A DNA stretch of 64,000 nt from Tubiluchus corallicola (lineage: Eukaryota > Animalia > Priapulida), in the NCBI GenBank assembly GCA_030141605.1, contig JAQGDQ010000389.1, forward strand, positions 156,810-220,809, in the 5' to 3' direction. The position numbers and the translations under genes were made by a program. Of the stretch, positions 1 through 12,863 are shown piece after piece; within the stretch, counting starts at the first letter, position 1, and each line of letters starts with the position of its first letter. Under the pieces are notes generated by a model that saw nothing but the letters and a program-made list of their open reading frames with translations, made no database searches and was not told the DNA's origin.

Positions 1-69
1 TAGTAGTGATGCTACTTAGCAGACAATGGCCGTGTGTGAGAGATCAAAGATAATTCTCCTTGCAATTAG

Positions 70-460
70 TTTGTCAAATTTTGACAAATGGTCATCAAAT
101 TTTGGACAGCGATTGTCAAAATTAGGACAACGATCGTCAAATTTAGGATAACAGCTTTAAATTTTGGGCAATGCTCTTCAAATGTTGGACAATAATCATC
201 AAATTTAGGACAATAATCATCAAATTTAAGACAATAATCATCAAATTTAGGACAATAATTATCAAATTTTGGACAACGATTGTCAAATTTAGGACAATAA
301 TTATCAAATTTTGGACAACGATTGTCAAATTTAGGACAATAATTATCAAATTTTGGACAACGATTGTCAAATTTAGGACAATAATTATCAAATTTTGGAC
401 AACGATTGTCAAATTTAGGACAATAATTATAAAATTTTGGACAACGATTGTCAAATTCTT
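70..460. repeat. 21-bp tandem repeat with 42-bp dimer structure
   Basis: TTGTCAAATTTAGGACAATAA alternates with TTATCAAATTTTGGACAACGA; about 18 units. Confidence 0.9.
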
Positions 461-694
461 TTGCAATATTAAACTAAAAATAATACTGCAATATTAAATT
501 TCTCCTGAATTTTTAATTTGTGTATACATATTATTACTAGCATTACTAGTATTCTTGCATAACCTCTCAGAAATACAGCGTTAACGGATGGTTGTGTTTG
601 CAAAAAAATCTGCTAGTCTGCCTGTTTTTAGACTAGCTGACTATCTGCCTGTTTTTGGTACTAGCTGACTATTTGTTTGCTTGATTACTTTCAG

Positions 695-3600
695 TTTAAT
701 GAATGAAGTCGTTCACACATCGCCTACGATTGGCTCTAATGTCGAGGAAATAACATGGAAAAATATTCACTTTCTAATGTGGGATATTGGCGGACAAGAG
801 TCCATACGAGCCGCCTGGCACACTTATTTTTCAAATACTCAGGTGAGTCCGTACGAGCCGCCTGGCACAGTTATTTTTCAAATCCTCAGGTGAGTCCATA
901 CGAGCCGCCTGGCACACTTATTTTTCAAATACTCAGGTGAGTCCGTACGAGCCGCCTGGCACAGTTATTTTTCAAATACTCAGGTGAGTCCATACGAGCC
1001 ACCTGGCACAGTTATTTTTCAAATACTCAGGTGAGTCCATACGAGCCACCTGGCACACTTATTTTTCAAATACTCAGGTGAGCCCATACGAGCCGCCTGG
1101 CACACTTATTTTTCAAATACTCAGGTGAGCCCATACGAGCCGCCTGGCACACTTATTTTTCAAATACTCAGGTGAGTCCATACGAGCCGCCTGGCACACT
1201 TATTTTCAAATACTCAGGTGAGTCCATACGAGCCGCCTGGCACACTTATTTTCAAATACTCAGGTGAGTCCATACGAGCCGCCTGGCTCACTTATTTTTC
1301 AAATACTTGGGTGACTCTGTACAAGCCGCCCGGCACACCTGTTAAATGAAAGTACAAGTTATTTAATATGTTTAGTTTATCTTACTGTTGTCGCCTAAAA
1401 CTATAACAAACAAATTTGCAAACAAAAAAACTGAAAATTATTTATGCTACAGCGGGATAGAAATTTTCTGAAGCAGCCGCCATTAATTTGAAAATTATGA
1501 TGTAACCGGTGGCCTTCGTGACTTTTCATAATCGCATCATGGCTTTCCGTAAGCGGTGCTTCTGCAGTTTTACCTGTGTTATGTTTGTACAAAAATAACA
1601 GAAAAACGGCAGGTTTTGTTTTGCTTCTGACAGAAGTTGACAACATGCTGCTTTTCTTCAGTCAATGAACGACGTCATTGGTGAAAATGGCCGTTTAAAA
1701 CATGAGCTTCTAAGCGTGAATGTGGAAATCGCACGCGGCGCTTATCATCCTCATTTACAAATCCTTCCAGGATTTCCCATAAACATTGAAATAAGCCAAA
1801 CTTTTTGTTAAGTAGAATTCAGTGTGAAAGTACATGGCACACTTCCAACTCTAGTAATCTAAATTTAAAGCAAAACTGAACCAAACGTTAAACTTGATAG
1901 ATTTCAAAAACGACTTTCGTGAAAGAATAATTACCCGACAAACACAACTTCGCATACATGCTACTAGTTCTTCACTGTTACATGCATTCCGTTATTTGCT
2001 AGTTAGATGGGCACTAGCGCCTGCATTTCAGAAATGCGTTGTACAAAAAATCATGTGCTGTACGTGTCAGTGCAGATATGTTAGTTTGTGATGAACTGCA
2101 CACGTTCAACAGCTCATGCTTGAGCACAGCAGTAAATTTGAAATTTGAATTTTTACTTAAAACTTGCCTAGTTTTAGTACAATACACTGAATTATATTTT
2201 ACAAACACGTGCAGCACGTTCGTGGAATATTTTTGATGATGAAAATTATGTTAGTTTGTCATATCATAAATAGTTGGGATTGCATGCCATTAATTAAGTT
2301 TTTAATCTATTATTTAATTATTTTTAGCTTTTGCTAAACCTGCAATCATCAGAAACACTTTTGCAATATTAATTTGTTAAAATGTATACATTTTATCGGA
2401 CTTGAAAATGGGGCAGTATAAGAGAAATCATCCTGTCTTCCTTTAAGCTTTAGTATGATATATAATTACAAAGAAACCAGTTTTGCCATTGATTAGATGT
2501 CTTTTTGCATGTTGGTTTTAAGTATGGCTTCATGTCTTGTCAACACACGTAAAAACAAAATGGTCAATTTTTATTTTTAAATCAAAATTTAATTATTGTT
2601 GGCTCCAACCATCATTATGTTAACAGTGAAGAGAAAAGAATTGTAAAGAGAAATCGTAATATTCATCCCAACTTTCCATGTTAAGTTATATTGCTCATCT
2701 GTTGTGTAATTGAAGAAGAAGAAGTTTCGTTGTGTGACATTGATTTATCAAAAGCACGTTATTGATTTTACTGATGAGATAAAGTAATTTATCCTTTTGC
2801 TAAGTTGTGAAGAGAGGACTGCAAATGCACTGATTATTTTTTTATACCTTACCCATAGTTATCCAAATTGCCACAAATGACTTGTCGTTGAAATTGCGGC
2901 GTGTGAGGATCGTCGCGGGAGTTTATGTTTACAAGTTTTATGCAACATTACTGCCGATGCAAGCCCTGTATGCAAAAAGGCACTTGTAAGTGGTATAAAG
3001 TTGCAAGACTCAACTTCTGTGCACAACGCGACAACCTATAAGTGATAGAAAATTTCCAGACGAATTTTTTAGCGTGATTATGAAGCGTGTTTTGTGAGTT
3101 AATCAGTCTAATTTAATATTGATATCAAAATTGCTAATTAAATTTTACTGTGATTGCAGGTAGTAATTATGGTAGTTGACAGCACAGATAGGGAACGACT
3201 AACGACCGTGCGAGAAGAGTTGTATTCAATACTAGAAAATCAAGTAAGCTGAATACTTATGCAAACAAACCTTAACTAAAGTCAAATTTATGTGAACAAT
3301 CCTTAGCCAAAATCAACCTTATGTGAACCAACCTTAACCAAAATCAAATTTTTATGAAAAAACTTAACCAAACTCAAACTAATGTAAATGAATTTTGTCC
3401 AAAATTAAGCCCATGTGAACAAACTTTCAAACCTTAATCAAAATCAAACTCATGTGAGCAAACAAAAACTAGAATCAAACTTATGCGCACAATCCTCAAC
3501 CAAAATGAAACTTGCGTGAACAAGCCTTAGCCAAAAATCAAACTCATGTGAACAAGCCTTAGTAAAAATCAAACTCATGTGAACAAACCTTAAACTTATG

Positions 3601-6600
3601 ACACAAACTTTAGCAAAACTTGAACGTACAACACAAACCTTAGCCAAACTTAAACTTATGACACAAACTTAAATCAAACTCATGTGAACAAACCTCAACT
3701 AGAATCAAACGTATGCGCACAATCCTCAACCAAAATCAAACTTACGTAAACAAGCCTTAGCCAAAAATCAAACTCATGTGAACAAGCCTTAGCCAAAATC
3801 AAACTCATGTGATCAAACCTTAAACTTATGTGAACGAACCTTATAAAAACTAAGACTTTTGACACAAACCTTAACCCAACTTAAACTTATGACACAAAGC
3901 TTAGCCAAACTTGAACTTATGACACAAACTTAAATCAAACTCATGTGAACAAATCTTAAACAAACTCAAAACTTGTGTGAACAAAGCTTAACAAAAGTCA
4001 AACTTCTACATATTGGTCAGGACTTGTGTAACTCACTTCTAGTTGGCCCTTGTATCTTCTTGGAAAGAAACTGTGACAGGAAACTATTAAAGTCTAAGAA
4101 ACGTGGACACGTAACAACCCAATTAACATATTTCTCACTGAATTCATAATTCGTTTTATGCTTAACAGCTTTTGTTGTTTCTCATGACAGTAAATCTTCT
4201 TCATACACCCGCTGCTTAAACTTGTGATTAATTTATATGTGCTGTTTATACTAAGCATAAAATCATGATACTGAATGATGGATATTTCCTCTCGAGACTT
4301 CCTGACACTTTCAATACTCTGCACTTTATGAAACCTTGAAATGTTTGATACAGGCTGTGATGTGTAAACAGAGAATTGAGCATGTTTCCTTACACTTTTT
4401 ATGTATCATCATTAAAGGGTTCGAAAACAAACAATGGACTTTCTTTGTCTACAAACTTACAAGAATTTTCATGATATTTTTGAGTTGGTTTAAAAGCTCG
4501 TAAAACATGTATTTTTTGAGCTGGTTTAAAAGTTCATAAAACATGTATTTTTTGAGCTGGTTTAAAGTATTAAAACATGTATTTTTTGAGCTGGTTTAAA
4601 GTATTAAAACATGTATTTTTTGAGCTGGTTTAAAGTTTTAAAACATGTATTTTTTGAGCTGGTTTAAAGTATTAAAACATGTATTTTTTGAGCTGGTTTA
4701 AAGTATTAAAACATGTATTTTTTGAGCTGGCTAAAGTTTGTCAAACATGTATTTTTGAGCTGGTTTAAAGTTCGTAAAACATGTAGTTTTGAGCTGGTTT
4801 AAAGTTCGTAAAACATGTATTTTTTGAGCTGATTTAAAAATTCACAAAACATGTATTTTTTGAACTGATTTAAAAGCTCACTAAACATGAATTTGTTTAT
4901 TTGGTTTAAAAGTTCGTAAAACGTACCTTTTGAGCTGGTTTAAAAGTTCATAAAACATATATTTTTTGAGCAGGTTTAAAGTTCGTAAAACATGTATTTT
5001 TTGAGTTGGTTTAAAGTTCGTAAAACATGTATTTTTTGAGCTGGTTTAAAGGTTCGTAAAACATGTCTTAAGACTTGTTATTACATTCATATCAGGCGAT
5101 ACGAAAAAAATGTACGAAACTTTTGACGAAGATGTTATAAAGAAAAAATAATGGAATCACTTGAAATTTAGCACAGTGATGCTGTAGACAGTTATGCATA
5201 AACACAAAAGGTCATTCCTATAGATTTTTAAAATCTTAGAACTACAAAGTCAAAAAACAAATGCTGAAAAACAGTTCTACAGCAAATTTACGGCAAGTGC
5301 TCTGTGTGTCCACCATTTTAACTGCAAAAAAAGAAGAAGACGTCTCTTCCAACAGTTGACATACTTTGTTGGTTCTTTAAGGGGCATTTGGTCCTAGAAC
5401 TTAATCATTTTTGCCTTTATTACTTTTCTAAACCAAGTGGCTCTGTACGGCCATCATATAATTTTTCTGGGAAAACACAGGATTTTTTATAGACTTTATT
5501 TTCTTTGGTAAACATCAATATGTAAATTGGTTGATTGATTTATTGTTATTTGCTGTTTTTTAATGGATGATTAGTTGGCATTGCACCGGCATTTAAATTC
5601 TTAACATGCAAAAGCTTTTTGGCCGTTACGGAAAAACTGCTAACAATGTAAAATGTGTGGCCTTTGCTGTCAAAAGTTAATGTGTCGTAATATCATACTG
5701 TGAAATTCAACTTTGCGGAACACTTGCTTTCTAGTATTATTGTAGTCTAAACTTCCGTACTTTTTTCTGTGCCACCCAATATATTTTTGAATATTAGTTA
5801 AATTGTACTGTGAAATTCAACTTTGCAGAGCACTTGCTTTCTAGTGTTATTGTAGTCTAAACTTCGGTACTTTTTTTCTGTGCCACCCAATATATTTTTT
5901 AATATTAGTTAAATTGGCCTGTGTTTTTTGTGCTTTGTTTACCAGATAGTATTAACTTAGTAAAAATTCGAATTAGTTAATATTCTGGATTAAAATTATG
6001 AAAAAATGAATTTTGTTTGCATGACAGGTAAAGCAGTGTTCACATTTGTATGTAGTTTTTGTAATACTTGCCAAACTTAATGAATTTATGATTCTTTTTT
6101 CTCCATTTTTTAGGATTTAGCTAAATCCTGTCTACTCGTTTACGCCAATAAACAAGATATAAAAGGTTCAATGTCGGCGGCCGAGATTTCCAGGTATCTA
6201 AACCTAACGTCCATCAAGGGTCATCCGTGGCACATACAGGGCTGCTGCGCACTCACCGGAGAAGGGTAGGTATTGGGTGAGCGGAAAAATTGCACATTAG
6301 ATTGGTTTATAGCTTACATATAGCTTTAGTAATTGTATCTACATCTTTCTGTATGAATGGTGAATGTTCTAAGAAAAAATGGAAGTTTTATTTAGTTACT
6401 ATCAAAAACACACAACTATCTACCTTTACAATTTGTAAACTAGAGTAGCTAATTACTAGAGTAATATATATATTCGTATCTCGTTTTGTCGGACAAAGGC
6501 GGGGAGACGTTTGTCGGAATTTGCCGATTGTCCCTATTTACCGATACTAAACTAATACAGTAGGTACCGTGTATTAGACTCACGGTAATGTAGAATCAGT

Positions 6601-8526
6601 TGCCCAATTGTTCCTGGTACGGGCCGTTCCTATGCAAAAGTATATAAAACTGTCTGCAATTGACTCAAATAACTCCGCGTCTACTCCTATGCAAAAGTAT
6701 ATAAAACTGTCTGCAATTGACTCAAATAACTCCGCGTCTACTCCTATGCAAAAGTATATAAAACTGTCTGCAATTGACTCAAATAACTCCGCGTCTACTC
6801 CTATGCAAAAGTATATAAAACTGTCGGCAATTGACTCAAATAACTCCGCGTCTACTCCTATGCAAAAGTATATAAAACTGTCTGCAATTGACTCAAATAA
6901 CTCCGCGTCTACTCCTATGCAAAAGTATATAAAACTGTCGGCAATTGACTCAAATAATTCCACGGCTACTCCTATGCAAAAGTATATAAAACTGTCTGCA
7001 ATTGACTCGTATAACTCCGCGGCTGCTCCTATGCAAAAGTATATAAAACTGTCGACAATTGACTCGTATAACTCCGCGGCTGCTCCTATGCAAAAGTATA
7101 TAAAACTGTCGACAATTGACTCGTATAACTCCGCGGCTGCTCCTATGCAAAAGTATATAAAACTGTCTGCAATTGACTCGTATAACTCCGCGGCTACTCC
7201 TATGCAAAAGTATATAAAACTGTCGGCAATTGACTCAAATAACTCCGCCTCTACTCCTATGCAAAAGTATATAAAACTGTGGGCAATTGACTCAAATAAC
7301 TCCTTATAATTGACTCTAAACCACTTAACACATTTATTAAATCACTTAAACCAAGTGTCATTACACGCTGCTTGGATGTAAACAAAGTGACGGCCAGCCA
7401 ACTAGCGGTCAGCTTGCGAAACAACGGACTGTGTCCGTAGTATGCGGGACTTTTTAGCGGTCAAAATTTTGTCCGATTCTTCCGATATGCGTAAAAGCAA
7501 GGTCCGGCAAACCGAGATATGAGTGTAATGGTTACAGTTGGCCTTAGATTTAAGGCAGATAGGCATATTTAAACAGAGTACGAGTAATTAAGTTATCACC
7601 AACTGCGAATGTTGTATCTGTAGAACTATCAAATTAGAATTAAATTAAATTAAATATCAAATTAAAATTTGAAACATATTTGAATATTTTAGATTACACC
7701 AAGAGAACGAGTCTTTCTAAGTTTAGATGTGACAGTTATGAATTGCTCATTTCTACTAATAAATTTAAATTTGACGAAGCCGATATTAATAGGAAAACGT
7801 GTATTTGTGTAACATGCAAGATCAGAGTGGTGAATTTCACTATGTGTTTAGGTGCCTGTACTTCCAACATACCGGGGAAGTGTATATTAAAGCATATTAT
7901 TATAGGACGCGTAATACTTTAAAATAAGAACAGCTTTTTGCAACTGCCAACGCAAAGCAATTATATGATTTAGCAAAGCTTGCTAGTTTTGCTATGATGT
8001 CAGAATAAGTCATAAGTCATTTATTTCACATTACACATTTACAATGGTTACATATACAATATCTATTGAAAGGGCCTACAATGGACATAATACAAATAAA
8101 AAATACTGCACAGGAAAAGCCTCAAACACTGTTCACTTATACACGAAGGTAAATGTGTTGCGGGCAATCAAAAAGCAGGGCTTGTTAGATTGTTCCACAC
8201 AGTGATAGAAAAAAAAGTAATGGAGATAATCTGAAAATTTAAAGTGAATCGTGATAAAAAACATTAGTGCTTAAAATGGAATGATGTAATGAATGAAGCT
8301 CATATATGGGCTGATATAAAAGAATTTAATCAGATTATTGTAATTTATTTTGCACAAGTTTATTTGTTATTTCTACTTGATATTTTTGTAAAAAGTGTCT
8401 TGCTAGTATTTGCTGGAATGTCTCTTCTGCCGTAAGAGATCTGAATAAACTTTGAACTTATAAACTTTTGCATTTTCCAGGTTATATAAAGGACTGCAGT
8501 GGGTTACGACAAAACTACATCATTGA
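695..8526 (+). CDS. ARL5: ADP-ribosylation factor-like GTPase 5; partial, 5' exons lie upstream of the window
   Basis: Exons 695-842, 3160-3243, 6114-6265 and 8481-8526 (TGA), all AG/GT-bounded with consistent phases. They give [49 protein letters not shown] / [14 protein letters not shown]... / [26 protein letters not shown]...[13 protein letters not shown] / [14 protein letters not shown]. Arf-family WDIGGQ, NKQD and CALTG motifs are present, plus the ARL5-typical [16 protein letters not shown]. Confidence 0.95.
798..1340 (+). repeat. 47-bp array containing the ARL5 exon 3' end and donor site
   Basis: Unit GAGTCCATACGAGCCGCCTGGCACACTTATTTTTCAAATACTCAG|GT, about 11.5 copies; the first copy is coding. 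Confidence 0.95.
1860..2446. mobile_element. Non-autonomous DNA element with TTAAAGG-type end (Kolobok-like); related copies at ~18134-18680 (inverted) and ~41200-41770
   Basis: The end ATCCTGTCTTCCTTTAA here is the reverse complement of TTAAAGGAAGACAGGAT at 18134. Internal blocks such as AAAACTTG(C/T)CTAGTTTTAGTACAA are shared with the other copies. The left boundary is approximate. Confidence 0.6.
3255..4005. repeat. Degenerate ~30-bp tandem repeat
   Basis: Variants of AAAATCAAACTCATGTGAACAAACCTTAGCC, starting just after the ARL5 donor at 3244. Confidence 0.8.
4478..5066. repeat. 35-38-bp tandem repeat
   Basis: AAAACATGTATTTTTTGAGCTGGTTTAAAGTTCGT, about 16 copies. Confidence 0.9.
5696..5916. 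repeat. 110-bp direct duplication
   Basis: TACTGTGAAATTCAACTTTGC...ATATTAGTTAAATTG begins at 5696 and again at 5806. Confidence 0.9.
6470..7526. mobile_element. TA-flanked MITE carrying an internal 57-bp array; relatives at 13441-13854 (inverted), ~26385-26737 and a fragment at ~40227-40390
   Basis: Imperfect TIRs TATATTCGTATCTCGTTTTGTCGGAC ... GTCCGGCAAACCGAGATATGAGTGTA. The internal block GGAATTTGCCGATTGTCC..TTTACCGATACTAA is shared with the relatives. Confidence 0.75.
6628..7303. repeat. 57-bp tandem repeat, about 12 copies
   Basis: CCTATGCAAAAGTATATAAAACTGTCTGCAATTGACTCAAATAACTCCGCGTCTACT. Confidence 0.95.
7560..8000 (+). mobile_element. Degraded 3' end of a LINE ORF2
   Basis: The translation [22 protein letters not shown]...RKTCIC resembles the R..L.KFR...H.L.I..GR...R.C..C C-terminal motif of CR1/L2/RTE-X-type LINEs; frameshifted. 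Confidence 0.45.
8006..8290 (-). mobile_element. Dispersed retroposon 3' tail; near-identical copy at ~46029-46310
   Basis: About 280 bp are shared (AGTCATAAGTCATTTATTTCAC...GGAATGATGTAATGA). On the minus strand the segment ends in AATAAA followed by (TGACTTA)n. Confidence 0.65.
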
Positions 8527-9137
8527 TGAACGGCGTTAGTATTGACAGTTCTGACACTTGATTACGGGTGCTATCAACTAATGACTAAACATTGCATGAG
8601 ATGTATATATATATATATATAGCGTTAAGTACTCTGTACTGTATTTGAGTGAGTCACGGAACAGTTTATGAAGTATTTGGATCAGGTTGTGGTGCTGGTG
8701 TCACCATGGGAAATCGCAAATTGTCGGAGACTACAGTTCGTTTTCGGTTCTGTGAATGTGATCATAGGCAAAAGATGTGAAGTGAATTCAGCAATGTTTT
8801 TGGCCTAGTTGAACGATCTTTGTGGTTTCGTTAGGACACCAGGGGTCGCCTCGGCAAACAGGAGGTGCCCGGAGAGCCCAGGAAACATTGCGTTTAGTTT
8901 TTGCTTTGATGTTCTTCAGTACTTTGATGTTGGGGTTAACGAGGCGCTATATTTGGTGAAACAGTCATGAATATCTGATTGCAGGTATATTGATGAATTT
9001 GATGGGGGAGGAGGTGCCTGGATATTATGTTTGCTCACTCGCAGAGATTTTACACAGATTTTTAAACTTGTTTGGTTGGATTGCTGAGTTTGTGACATCG
9101 CATTGTGTTGCGATTACGACGTTATTGTTATACCTCA

Positions 9138-9643
9138 GTGTCATTGTTCTTACGCGGAAGTAACATGGATGCATTGTGGACTAGTTTCAGCCATTGTTCT
9201 TATGTGGAAGTAATGTGCCTGCATAGTGAACTAGTTTCAGTCATTTTTCTTAAGTAGAGGTAATGTGGATGCATTGTGGATTAGTTTCAGCCATTGTTCT
9301 TATGTGAAGGTAATGTGGATGCATTGTGGATTAGTTTCAGCCATTGTTCTTGTGTGAAGGTAATGTGGATGCATTGTGGATTAGTTTCAGCCATTGTTCT
9401 TAAGTAGAGGAAAAGTAAATGCATTGTGGACAAGTTTCAGCCATTGTTCTTATGTGACGGTAATGTGGATTTGTTGTGGACTAATTTCAGCCATTGTTCT
9501 TACGTGGAGGTAAAGCGGATACGTTGTGGACTAGTTTCAGCCACCGTTCATATGTGGAGGTAAAGCGGATACGTTGTGGACTAATTTCAGCCATTGTTCT
9601 TACATGGAGGTAATGTGGATGAGTTATGGACATGTTTTAGCCA
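9138..9643. repeat. 50-bp tandem repeat, about 10 copies, downstream of the ARL5 stop
   Basis: CCATTGTTCTTATGTGGAGGTAATGTGGATGCATTGTGGACTAGTTTCAG. Confidence 0.9.
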
Positions 9644-9951
9644 AGTTTTTAATGCCTTTGTTGTACAGTTATTTCTCTACCAAGGATTGCATTTTTCTGT
9701 AATCTGTCATTTATTCTGTGGAAAGCAAAGTCAATGGTTAATGAATGGATGGATCAGAAGTAAACTTTCTCCTCATATCTGTGCCATTAATGTCGGCTGA
9801 TTTTTCCTGATTAATACTTATCAGATATTTGTCATTGACACACTTGGTTTATTTTGTTGTTGAATTTATTTTTGTGGCTAAATATTGTTCGCTTTCCTTA
9901 AATTGTACCTTGTACTTCCAAATTGCATCGGAAAAGCTTTTCTCTAAACAG

Positions 9952-10285
9952 TAGGGGTGAGCATCGAACGTTCGAGTTCGATTAGAACGAGTTTTTTTAA
10001 TTCTAACTCGATTCGAATCCAAAACTATAGATTCGAATAATTCAGCACTTCAATCACATATGTTCCTGATCACTAAAACGATTGAAACATCATGCAATTA
10101 GAGTGATTTAGCTGTGATTTCTGTGCACAATTTTAAAGAAATTACTAGTCGCTTTATTGCAGAACAAAATCTAGTGACATGCATGATCTTTGGTAAGACA
10201 AATTTTTACTGTGGTTCGAAAACTAGTTCGAAAATCTTTCAATCTCAATTTGAATTCACTTTCTGGTAGAGAATGCTCACCCCTA
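9952..10285. mobile_element. hAT-type MITE
   Basis: Perfect TIR TAGGGGTGAGCAT ... ATGCTCACCCCTA with an 8-bp target duplication CTAAACAG/GTAAACAG (one mismatch). Confidence 0.8.
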
Positions 10286-10744
10286 GTAAACAGGGATGCT
10301 ACAGAAGCGGAATTTCATTTTGGTTTGCCGATAATTGCACTTTTGGTTAAGTTTCAGTTTCAGTGAAATTTATTAAGTTTCTTAGCCGCAATTTCGGATA
10401 ATTTTCGGCAACATTTTTTCGAAGTTTTACTGGTATTTATCCAATTTACCTTTTGTCTCCCCGATCTCAAAAACCGCTGAAAACATTTGGCTAAATTAGT
10501 TCAAATAAAGCGAAAATTTCGTTTACGTAAAAGTTTGTCACCTTTCTTTTTCTGGCAATGTGGCATATCTTCAGTGCTGATGACTGTAAAGTTTTAGGGT
10601 TTCCAAGCCCAGTCAACAGAAATTTGAAACCACGTTTGAATTTACTTGAGCAAAACTTTTATAATTTATGAAATATAGGCAACAAAATGTCTATAAAATG
10701 AAATTTTTATTTTTAACGAATCATTATGATCTTTAAATGTTAAT

Positions 10745-11055
10745 CATTAAAGATAGCTAAATCCATAATAATTATATCACATTTTCTAAGGTAAGCCATT
10801 AAAGATAGCTAAATCCATAATAATTATAACACATTTTCTAAGGTAAGCCATTAAAGATAGCTAAATCCATAATAATTATAACACATTTTCCAAGGTAAGC
10901 CATTAAAGATAGCTAAATCCATAATAATTATAACACATTTTCTCAGGTAAGCCATTAAAGATAGCTAAATCCATAATAATTATAACACATTTTCTAAGGT
11001 AAGCCATTAAAGATAGCTAAATCCATAATAATTATAACATATTTTCTAAGGTAAG
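10745..11055 (+). repeat. 52-bp tandem repeat, 6 copies
   Basis: CATTAAAGATAGCTAAATCCATAATAATTATAACACATTTTCTAAGGTAAGC. Confidence 0.95.
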
Positions 11056-12863
11056 AAGCCACTTTATCAAACTTGAGATTCTATGTTGTAAAACTACTGT
11101 GTCATTTTTTGTGTTAGAGTTTTTTATCAGTCATTTTGCATCACAGCAATTAAAAGCAAACAAACAAAAAACAAAATATTTTACGTATTTTAATTTTTTT
11201 TAGTTTTAATAGTAGTTGGTTTTCCAAAAATGTTTCTGTTCGGTTTTCATTTAGGTATCGCTTTCCTAAGTTTCACAAATACCGGTTTGTGTTTCGGTTT
11301 GTAAATTCAGTTTCTGTAAGACTCCTGTTTGTCGTAAATTGTTGAATAAGCAAGAAAATGAGTAAAAAATGTTGCATGCATTATTTGCGCAAGTCGAAAA
11401 TTTTTTGCATTATTAAATTGCCCAATGCTTTTACAGTGTTACTCATAGACATGTAGAGGATTATATGCCAAGAATTCACCACTTATGTGAAATGATAGAT
11501 TTTGCAAACGAACTGTATAATATCTTGTTTAGTTAATTTTCAACAGTGTAGGATTCAAATTTAGTGCAAAAACGTATTAAAATATAGCTTGAAATTTTTG
11601 GATTAAATATGTTCACGTATTTTGTAACATGAACTGAGTTGATCAGCCTCTTCTTATTAGTAACTAGATTGTTTTACTGAAAAGAAGGTCGTTGTTTATT
11701 ATTCTAGTTTAAGTAAAATTAAAGGATCCACCTTGAGTGCATGGTAGGTAAAGTAGTATTTATTTTCGTATACATCTTCACTTTGTTGTAAGTATTGTAA
11801 ATAGTCTTCTGTACATAACTACAATGTGCCATGTGTTAGTCAAATTTTCCCAATTGTGAACCCGTGTGGCGGCGTTGGAGTTTGTCGGTTTTGTCAATTA
11901 ATTATGTCTGGTGTTTTGCCTTGTAAGATATTTCATACATCTGTTATCGATAATTTAATCTTGATCGCACAAAAGTGTCAATAGATGGATTTAATGCAGA
12001 GTGAAGGGTAGTAAAATTCAATCCCAAATTTTTTGCGTCAGTTGCTTTCGGCTTTGCGTAATAAGCTTTTAATAAATCTTATTAGTTTGTGATGGATTTG
12101 TAACTGTTCTTGGAGAATTATTTTCACAATGTCATAGATTTTGTTTTTACCACAATCATCTAACATTATTGTGGATCAGTATTTGCAGATACTCAACTGT
12201 GCAAAAGTCGTTTTTTTCATTAGTGGACTGCTGCAATTGTACATTTAGGAAGATAGGTTTGCTATTATAATATTATTTAGATGTAGTAAAATGCTGGTTT
12301 ATCTTTATAGCTGTCATAACTTTCTTATGTGTCAATTGTACAGACCACAAGCTAAGTTATTTTTTGAAATATGTTTGTGTTTTACGTATGAATTACTTTA
12401 TTACTTTATTACTAAATGGACATATCATTATCGTTACTATTGTTTCCCCACATGTTTTATGTACCGGCTTACGAGTAGGTTCTAAATGATACCAGATATC
12501 CCTGACGGTTCTCATTGTGGATAATGATTATTATCCATAAGACGGTAATGCTTGTTGATGTTTCAGCGATTGTAACTTTTATCTTGTAATAAATTTGACT
12601 CTGCAAACTAAGCTTTTTCTTCTTGCGTGTTTTTGTGCTTTGCTGTACTTTTTGTAGTTTCCTCTCTCCTCGTGAAATAATTTGTTGGTTCTAAGTAATT
12701 TTCAGTTTAATTCTCTACCACAGGTGGCGCGGCACGTAATTCAATATGTCAGCGCCTTGTCTCTTAAACTTGTGTTGAAAGTTACAACTTGCAAATAATC
12801 GTGTTTTGCTTTTACTCACTTGAGTTGATGATTAGTCAAGTAAATACCTAAGCAACGTGTAAA

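Noticed and set aside
143-497. Heptad-like ORFs on both strands
   Set aside because: They are translations of a 21-bp satellite in an intron.
6580-7309. 233-aa and overlapping repeat ORFs
   Set aside because: They arise from the 57-bp array inside a MITE within an ARL5 intron.
12715-12735. CTCF-like CCACAGGTGGCGC upstream of FAM185A
   Set aside because: Only a partial consensus match at a single site; not supportable from sequence alone.
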